Origin: Lingula anatina
Taxonomy: Eukaryota; Animalia; Brachiopoda
NCBI GenBank assembly: GCA_051362555.1
Contig: CM120646.1
Span: 15,562,001 to 15,626,000 of the forward strand
Direction: 5' to 3'
DNA: 64,000 bases
In this document: piece after piece, positions 55,120-64,000 of the stretch
Numbering within the stretch: the first letter of the stretch is position 1
Layout of the letters: every line of letters begins with the position of its first letter
The notes under the pieces: model-generated
The model's database searches: none
Told to the model about the DNA's origin: nothing
The model's input: only the letters and a program-made list of their open reading frames with translations
Position numbers and translations under genes: made by a program

Positions 55120-55557
55120 GTCAAAATCTGGTTCCAAAACAGAAGAAGCAAGTACAAGAAGATCATGAAGCAGCAGCAGAATACCCCAGGGGGAACCCCG
55201 GGGCAAGTGGTCCCCACGGGTCAGCAGTCCCCTACGGGCCCCAATCCAGCTCAACCCCAAGGCACCTCTAGTCCACATCATCCACACACCCCTAACGGCA
55301 TGGACAGCCCCCAGTCACCACCCACGCCAACGCAACCGAACGGGCCACATCAAACAAATATGTTACCTACTCCCCCAGGGGGTGATATGAGTCCCCCGGG
55401 GACTTGGCCTGATTACAGCGGAGGCCACACCCAGTCCACGAACAGTTATATCAACGTGAATAGCACGGGCCCAGGAAATTACATGCCGCAGTACGCTGCA
55501 TGGTACCAGTCGCCCAATCCTATGGCTATGAGTCAACCCTCAACACTGCTCACATAG
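55120..55557 (+). CDS. Dlx: Dlx coding exon 3 (homeodomain helix 3 and Pro/Gln/Ser-rich C-terminus)
   Basis: Polypyrimidine tract and acceptor tttcttttgcttgcAG ending at 55119. Reads VKIWFQNRRSKYKKIMKQ...WPDY...AAWYQ...TLLT, TAG at 55555-55557. The three exons sum to 307+185+438=930 nt in one open frame. Confidence 0.98.
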   Translation, partial: VKIWFQNRRSKYKKIMKQQQNTPGGTPGQVVPTGQQSPTGPNPAQPQGTSSPHHPHTPNGMDSPQSPPTPTQPNGPHQTNMLPTPPGGDMSPPGTWPDYSGGHTQSTNSYINVNSTGPGNYMPQYAAWYQSPNPMAMSQPSTLLT

Positions 55558-57350
55558 AAATAACACTGGCAAAGATAGATTTAATATATACATAAATATA
55601 TAATATGATAACGAGAGTGGAAAGATTTGACACTAACTTTGGATCAAAGAGCTGAACCGGGACGTATGCGATCCACGAATATTGAAAGGGTTGCTCAAAA
55701 TTGGTAGGAAGATCTTCCTGTTGGAGGAGAAGTCGTGGGAGTCGTGCCCATTGCTCCCCCCGCCTCTCCCTGCCAGTAAGTTAGCTACCGCCATCTATCA
55801 CGAGAACAGTATGAAGCCAAATGTGACTTCGTGACGCATGGACAATCTTTTTACGTAACTGAACCGCGTCACGACAACGTCGAACTCCCACGTGACTCTT
55901 TCTACCTCATCTTGAAATCCGAACACGAGAATGGCCAAACTTAGTTAGTGTTTTCCACCTGAATTGAGCCGCCATAGATTGGAGTATGCTGAGGCCATAC
56001 AAGAGTTCGTTTCTGTACAACAGTCATGCATTCCTTATTTTACTGTTAACCGGGACATTAGTGCAAATAAAAAAGGACTCAACCTTGTGTTAACAATGAC
56101 CTCCAGCGGACTTTATGATTTTCTTCACAGACGAAAAAACCAAAACGCAAAAGCCTAGAATATAATCAAGTGACCTTAAGTTAGAGTAGATATATGTATA
56201 TACTGAAAATTTCATCTATTATATTTATGTGAAAGATATTTTTGAATTGTTTAAAAGAAAGCGGTGTGTAAATATGTAAGTGTATTATTGTATATTTTAA
56301 TGTCTAGTTAGCTTGCAGATGAAATCACGTTCCAATCCAAAGAGATTAGATGACTTCAATTTTCTTCTGCTCTGTTGTGCGGTGCGGGCATAACTAAATG
56401 GTCAAATAATAGTTTGGAATAATGATTCTTTGGGGCTTGTAGGATGAATTTTTCCAAACATGGTGCTTTTCTACCATTCCATGACAATTTTTTTCTGTGA
56501 AAATGAGAGATTTTGCTGTTCATGGCAGAAATGATTTAGAGGAATATTAAGCGTTTTATTATGTATTCGTTAAAGAGGCCATTGTAAATTGGTGTACTAT
56601 ATATTTGTTTTTACACACGTTACACGGTTGATATATCGTGGTGGATATTTTATTTCAAACAACAGGGTAAAAAATCAAGACAAGAGATAGTAAAATGAAA
56701 AGTGCTTCACGCTTTAGAATATTTAGAGGGGCTTACCTGTGTTCAGATCTTTAGACCAAACATTGTCAGTTGACAACCCCACAGGATATGCTGTTATTAT
56801 AAAATGCAAAGACGCGCACAGTTTTTTTTACGTGGTATATGATTTCAGTGCACAGGTAAATAATGTGGTTGTGATTTTTTTACAATAATTTTTTTCGACA
56901 TAAACATCAGTATGAAAGACATTCTTATACATCTGTGTGCCAGGGGGCTAATTTTTGTGCTCTTTGTATGAATTATCAGCCCAGAATACACTTAATAGTG
57001 AGAACACCAATGACCATAGCTATGTTATTTTAGTTGTATCTTTTAGCACAAATAAGTCAGTCCGACCCAATTTTTTGTTATCATTCACCGACTTTACATT
57101 CATTCTTTCTTTAGACACTGTGAAAAATACGTTGCAATAATACCGATGCCAAGAATTAAAGGGACGTTTTTGTGAGATATTTATGACGTCAAGAGGTGTC
57201 AAGTTAATATTCTTCTTATTGTTGTGAAAGAAAAAACATCAAGTGCAGTACAAATCGTTAGCTGACCTTTGAACAAACATCTTGTCATCTTTGTAAATAC
57301 GAAGTTCGTGTTACTATAAATATTTAATAAAAAATCATCTCACAGATATT
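55558..57350 (+). other. Probable Dlx 3' UTR
   Basis: Follows the stop codon. AU-rich with TGTAHATA elements. AATAAA at 56066 (proximal) and 57326 (distal, followed by a T/GT-rich tract). Confidence 0.5.
57326..57331 (+). terminator. Candidate polyadenylation signal AATAAA
   Basis: Preceded by TGTA (57292) and followed by CA dinucleotides and T-rich ATTTTTGTCT, the usual poly(A) site layout. Confidence 0.5.
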
Positions 57351-58398
57351 TTTGTCTATCTTATATGTTTCAATCGCGTATAGATAAAAGCAGGTACGTG
57401 AAGAGGAGTCGAATTATTCAATTTTGCCTCTGCAACTCTGATCCTAAACTTGGCTGTCGTTTAACATATAACGTCCCTTTTCTCTAAGTCTTTACATAAA
57501 TATTCTTTAAAGTGCTGCACATTATATACATCATAAAAACTTACATTTTTTTGCAAAAAAAAAAGATACGTAAATATCAAGCACAAAATAAACTAGTATT
57601 AAAATGAAATGACATGGCCAGTAAAAAGAGAAACGGGCGGTGCGAAATGTACGGTTGTAGCAGCTAAAAGCAAGGTGAAATGTGTTGAAAGTTGAATATA
57701 AATTTCCTGTCTGATCTTTGACACAATTACGTATGGCAGATGATGGTATTAGCGGTAACAGACCGTCATACTGAACCATCAGTTATGTATATAAAAGTAC
57801 ATATCCCGTTTCTCTTTGGCGCAATCTGATTATGTCGTCTCATTTTCTTATACAGCAACCGCCAGCATGTTGTATTTTGTTTTCTGTTCGCAGGGCCTCT
57901 CATTCAACCTCAGTTTTTTCTTCTATTGTTAAGAAATTTTTGTTATCAAAACGTGTGTTTGGGAATAGGGAGCAGTTTACAAAAGAAACATTGCTCTTCA
58001 TTTTAAGATCATTTTTGTCTGCATGCTTCAATTCAGAGAATAAAGCTTTGGCAACTGATGATTTAGAGTTTAGATTTTTTACACTTTTTATATGTCCATT
58101 ACAACATTTTATTGAATGTGATCACTACTGTTTTTGAGGATGAGTTCACAAAAAATCGATCTCCTGTTCTTTTTTTAAATTGGTCTCTATTTTATTTGTA
58201 ACGTCTTTGACCAGGACATAGCTTTATTAACTTTTACTTACGGAGAGTGGCCGGTAGATATGACTTTATTTTTATTTTTATTTCTTCGTGCATAACCCTG
58301 TAATCATTTCAAAACCAGAAGAAGATTGCTTAGTTTGCAGTGCCGCATGCGAAATTCCTTATTCAAAATCACAATCGGACTAAAGAGAAGACTTCTTT

Positions 58399-58402
58399 TC
58401 TC

Positions 58403-58445
<43 letters not shown>

Positions 58446-58458
58446 GCAGCAGCAGCAG
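58399..58458. repeat. Compound microsatellite (TC)n(GCA)5
   Basis: Direct reading. Confidence 0.95.
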
Positions 58459-59005
58459 GTTTTTGGATTTTTGACCATCACTTAACGTTAATGAAACTTG
58501 TAACATTCATTTTTCCTTGTGTATTTTATAGTATCTCTAATAATTTTCTATATATAAATTTTAAAGGAAAATAACCAGTCTCTCTAGATGAACTTTGTCA
58601 TTTCACGATAAATTTTTAATATATCTTCACCATGTCAATGACTGTTTGTATATATCAAGCTTATGATTGGATATTCTGAATATACTGATTTCTGTAAGTT
58701 GCAATGAGGTAAAGCCTAGAATGGACAATTTTTTAATCCTTCAAAATTGACAACCTGAAATAAAGCTGCTTCCCTTCACAGAGATAAAACATTGAAACCA
58801 AATAGAAATATTATATTAAGCGCCAAGTTTTATTGATATAAAGTTATACTGTATGATACAGTATGAAAAAATCAATGTAATTGAATCAAAACTACCGAGA
58901 AAAAGGCAGTTAGCTTCCTATCTAAAGGCAGAAAACTGAACATTTGAAAAATATCTTTTATCAAGGCAGATACACAAGAGGAACTGTTTCTTAAATATTT
59001 TAGGT

Positions 59006-59039
<34 letters not shown>

Positions 59040-60588
59040 CATTATTATTATTATTTTGTGTATTCTCTCAGTGAAAAGAAATCAACACCTCAGACGCTAA
59101 CAGATATGCTTACTCAGAAATATCTCTCTGTTAAGTACCTTTGCACGTGCCACGTAGCAGGCTATATGAGAGGCTAGGACAGGTAAACAATACATTCAGA
59201 TGGTGGTCAAAATCAGGTGGAATCCTGGTTATTTTGACGTGCCTTACTTGTTATCGAATTCCTGAAATGTCAATATATTGAACTTTACATCAACTGGGAT
59301 ATACGATTAGGAAGATGCAAATACAAAACCAATGTATCCCCTCCCCCCGAAAAAATCAGTAATAACCACACAGCGCTATAAGCGGGTGACATTAATTTAT
59401 TCTGTACAGATAAGGAATGACACAAATACGGCATAAAACTGTAATGAACTCTGTTCCGTTGTAAAAAATAAAAAGGCCGCTGCAGCTGTAAAAACTAAGC
59501 CAACTATTCGCCTTCACCAATCGAAGAAACATTTGGGACGCCTCTCTCAATCAAGGCTCGCAAGGTTGATCCGCGGGAAGAGAGTTAGAGATACAAATTA
59601 TACTTAATGATCCCCCTTGCAATCGTCTATTGAATTCGCCACAGACACGACCGCTTCCATTTCCATTTCCGAGCGCATCGATCGACTCAATTAGGGTTTG
59701 ATATCTAATTAATTTAGTTCATAATTAAGGCTCGACGACAACGGTTTCTTTTCGCATGGCTGCGACGTTTATTTTTGATTGTGCTCAATTGAGTTCTTTT
59801 CTTTCGCGACGGGGGACTTTAACGGCTGAGTAGAGGCCGCATGAGAGGCGCTAGGATATGGATTGACTTCCGCGCGCTTTTGTTGGTGAAAAAAGTGTGA
59901 AATTACAGCTATTAGATCGCAATTACTCGTCTGATTATTACTATTAATTATCCCTCCAAGTTTCCTATGCTAGATCTCAGGATTTGACGACCGTGTGAGA
60001 AAGCTAGAAAGCTTTTCCCTGCGGCTGAAGTGATTGTTAATTCCCAGGCAGGCTTGGGCGAGGGATCGAGATAAGAAGTCTAGTTGCGTTGCTTCAAGAA
60101 GTCATTGAACGCGGTGCGTTAAAGTAGCATAAAACAGGACGCTTACTGGTTGATTTTAACTATAAGTTTAGGGAAGGCTTAAAGCTCATAGTTTATAAAA
60201 CAAAGTAATAAATATATGCTACATGTATATCATATTGTTAAAAAGGCATGAATTAGTATGGATAGTCCATTGATTTTGAAACAATATATAAATGCGTCGA
60301 ACAAAATGCCAGAAGAGCAGGGAAATATTTTTATTCTCAAGGTCAAAAGGTTGGTGATCGAAATTTCCTGTATTACAGTTTCAGTGAAATTCAATCAATG
60401 GATATTTTTGCATCCACTGTTTTCTTTTCAATATTTTATCCTACCTTTTACACGTTTCCACATAAATTTTATAAAGATGTGACCTAGAAACAATTAACCA
60501 AAATATATACCATTAATGCAGTTGAAAAGGACTATAAGAGAATAAAACTAATTTTGACAAAATTATCTTTAACAAGGGACCCTGTATT

Positions 60589-60591
<3 letters not shown>

Positions 60592-60628
<37 letters not shown>

Positions 60629-60633
60629 GTGTG
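60592..60633. repeat. (TG)n microsatellite
   Basis: Direct reading. Confidence 0.97.
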
Positions 60634-61671
60634 ATATCAATATCAGTGCGCTTTTTGTTTCATGGAAATTAGAGCAAATTCTTATTCAGCCACCAGAGTC
60701 TGTATTTTAGGAAAATCCCACTGACTTCGACTGTAATAGAGACCAGGGTGAGCTAAGAGCTAATTCATCAGAAATAAAACGTTGTTGCAATTCTGAAACC
60801 CCCTGGTCTGCCGTCCTGTGACGAAAACTGGGTAAAGAGATGACAGATCCATACGAAATATGAAAAAAATTTAAAAACGCGCATAGAGAGCAAATTGTGC
60901 ATAGACAGCAAATATCAGATCGGTGAATAATGATACTTATATGTCTGCGGGTAGTGTATGCATGCCCGTCTTTAAAACCCCCGTCAGACATTTGGTTGCA
61001 AATTGTTAAATTGATTTTTGAGTGATATTTGGTGAAAATGTTCGAAGGGTTTTGGCGTGTAACAATGCAGATACCAATTTTTGTCATTATTCGAATCAAA
61101 CCTCCGTCCATATCACATTTTTGAGATCTGCAATACAATATATTGACCTCAGCCTAAGTCAATAATAGCACAATGCTCATAATAATGATATAATTTTATT
61201 GAGCACATTTTTACATTAAGGCTCTGTTAACTACAGTAATAGTATAATAAATAGCCTTATATATATAAAGTAGATAATATCCCTTCTGATACTCAATGGT
61301 CATTGTGAAAACAATACTTGAAAGTCTTGTTTTAACTGAAAAGTTTTACGCTAATCACTTGTGGAGGAATTACTTTACTCACTATATAAAAAGGACAACA
61401 CAATTCGTGCATATTTTTTCTTCCGTTAGCATCTTATATAGCACTTTATTGTAACTGGTACCAATCTTGGTGTTTTCTTCATGGACAGGAGGTTAGAACT
61501 ATGGGTGGCGCTTTCCTTGTACTAGTGATGGTAGTCTTTGGGAAAAATGACGAATTCGTAGTCCATTACATGTAAGTGCTTGCTACTAAAGGCAATGTCG
61601 GAACTGTACACAATGATGGAGGAGGAGGATTGCCATCCCGGTTTTTTTAATGTTCCGGATTCACCGTGTGG

Positions 61672-61723
61672 CCTGTGTATGATCCGGTGTGTCCTGTGTA
61701 TAATCCGGTGTATCCTGTGTATA
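61672..61723. repeat. Minisatellite, 21-bp unit CCTGTGTATRATCCGGTGTRT, about 2.5 copies
   Basis: Units start at 61672, 61693 and 61714. Confidence 0.85.
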
Positions 61724-64000
61724 GTTTAGAGCATGCATGTAGCTACGGATCTTTTTTTCGCTCAGAGTGACAAGTGCCACAATTTTTTTTAGTTTTTAGA
61801 TCACCGAAAAAAATACTGCAGCAATGAACACTTAAATATCGCAATGTTTTATGTGATTTGAGCTTGTTTTAAGGAATTGACATATTCTGAAACAATTTTA
61901 AAAACATGATTTGAATAGCTGCACAAAGATTTCACTGAAAATGCCATCAGTTCTACCCATTCTGCTAATCTACTAATCAAACTTTATTTCTGGAACAATC
62001 AAATCTTTGAGGTATATGATAAAGTATATTGGTACTTTTCTATACCAATGGATAAACCTATTTCCTGGAACGACTACCACACAAGATTCTAAGAAAATCA
62101 CTTTTATGTAGCAAGTATGAATATTGATACTCGACACGCAATATGTTTAACAACCTGTGTGCGTTTGCAAATTAATCCTTCACATTAAAACATTTGGTCA
62201 AGAACTGAATGTTCGATTTAGAAAGGCGACTATGATCCATTTCAAATTTTAGTTAACAGCTTGGTGATGCACCGGTTGACCCCCCCCCCCCCCAAAAAAA
62301 AAACAAAAAAAAAAACCATCAATTATGAATATCTTTCTTCCAAATTGTTTATTAACATGGCTTCCTAGAAAACCACGTAGCCCCTTCTCAATACTTCAGT
62401 CTCCAGTACATTTCACATAATATATTCCAACGTCTTGTTTTTCAAAAGTCGTACTCAAATTACCATAGAGCAGTCATTCGTTTACTTCACGCCGAATATA
62501 ATAAGCAGGAAACTGTTAAGAACGAACCCAGATGTACAGATAAAGGAATCATTGGTGGACAGACCGTGGACCTCTTTTACAATATGGCGTCTCTCACATC
62601 GACGTTAAATATCCAACACAGGTGACACGTTGATTACCTGAGTTTGGGATTAATCCGTTGCCGAAATCACTGGACAAAGGCCCCCAAGAGCCCAAGTCAA
62701 CCTCGCTGACCGGGGGTCAATTATGCAGCGTCTTTAACTGTCTCCTTCACCGTAATACACTTTTGTGACAGTTGATTAGGTCGTCTGGGTTAATTGTATC
62801 GAGGTATTGGGGCGACAGTGCTTTGGCTAATTATTAGCGAATTTGACTTAATTTAAGTGGGAGGGCATATACTGAAACAATGTTGTCGAGCCGGGTTAGG
62901 CCGTTTGCTGGCATTACCATTATTCAGGGTTGCATTCCAAGTTTGCCCCTAAACAAATCCGTAGTTTATCCAAAATTCACCCTGAGACAATTTGGGTTAC
63001 CTTCCGAATACCGTCTCTGTCGGTTTCCTTGTGGTTCAATTTATAAATGCAGATTTGGTGAAATTGAAAAGCAAACCTCCAAACAGTTGACATTTCTTTT
63101 CTCTGCTTTCTAGGATTTACTCGAGAATTGGATTAATTTAAAAAAGAAAGAAAATTGTCCAAGTTCTAAGTTTTGTGTCGTTGGGGAGCACCATTGGAAC
63201 CTATATCTAATCATTTCATAGGTAAAAATGACTGTGGCCAAATTCGATTCTTAAAATAAGCTGGGTGGTTGATGTAAAATCATATTTCCTTTGTCTCAAT
63301 ATCACTTTTTTATTTCAATTTTATTTTTTGAGGAAAGGGAGGATTAATTCCAATGACATTTTTAACATTTGAGCAACACCGACACCTCATCAAGGTCTTT
63401 GACACGTCATTTGAAGTCGGTACTTGTCGCGTGTCGTATCCATTTTTCTTTATAATTGTGTAAGATGATGCATCTTACATCAATTTATTTGGAAGGAACG
63501 AAGACACATTTTAAAATCACACCTAAATCCCAGCCACAAAATTGAAATGAAGAGGTAGTTTCGTTTAATTTCTGCATAAATTTTGCCAAATTTCGTGACA
63601 AAATATTGTATACTTATCGTTGGTTGACCGCAGTATTAATGGATTTTTCCACGACTCTCTGCAAACAAAACTGTGCTCAAGTGATTTAAAGTCAGAACAA
63701 AACAAGAGTATCTTTTTCTAGATCAGCATCGTCTTCTGTAATGTAAGGCCTGATTAGATGTCTGGGGAATTTTGAAAAAAAAAAAGATTTAAATTTTCAC
63801 CAAGCTTATGGTCAGGACCTAAAATAAGGTTGTTGGAAAGAGAGATTTAAAAATACAAGAATATATTTATAAAAACCTACATCTAACAGTGTATGGAAGG
63901 TATCTTTCCTATAAGAGAATTTGTAATTGTTTTCAAGCTTTGTTTCTCCTCCTCTCTCTGTCTTTTCGTTTTAAGTTTGGCATACATCAAGCAACCATTT

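Noticed and set aside
55084-55287. Antisense ORF over exon 3
   Set aside because: Shadow frame of a GC-rich coding exon with no independent support.
57158-57480. 11-bp inverted repeat AAAGGGACGTT / AACGTCCCTTT spanning the distal poly(A) signal, resembling a Kolobok MITE
   Set aside because: No TTAA on the right side, and several 11-bp inverted matches within a few hundred bases are expected by chance in 64 kb.
60707-61138. 143-aa minus-strand ORF
   Set aside because: No recognisable domain, non-ATG start, Cys/Ile-rich composition typical of random AT-rich sequence.

Overview
AT-rich animal (invertebrate, probably lophotrochozoan; taxon not provable from this window) genomic DNA containing a single protein-coding gene: a Distal-less/Dlx homeobox gene on the + strand with three coding exons (38151-38457, 43672-43856, 55120-55557; 930 nt, 309 aa), introns of 5.2 and 11.3 kb, a CCAAT/GC-box promoter and a probable ~1.8 kb 3' UTR. 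The ~38 kb upstream and ~6.5 kb downstream contain no other recognisable gene. They hold microsatellites, several DNA-transposon derivatives with readable terminal inverted repeats (2.5 kb element with a decayed transposase-like ORF and internal 16-mer repeats, 1.06 kb and 337 bp MITEs), a 5'-truncated RTE LINE with a perfect 12-bp TSD, a probable Tc1 relic and many short GC-richer islands with homeodomain/Sox/TCF/Smad-type motifs that look like enhancers. Almost all ORFs in the supplied track are spurious. I found no clear new biological system. The best leads are the triple tandem splice acceptor of the homeobox exon, a palindromic TAAT-GGCGCC-ATTA module in intron 1, the 2.5 kb transposon and the 3' UTR control elements.
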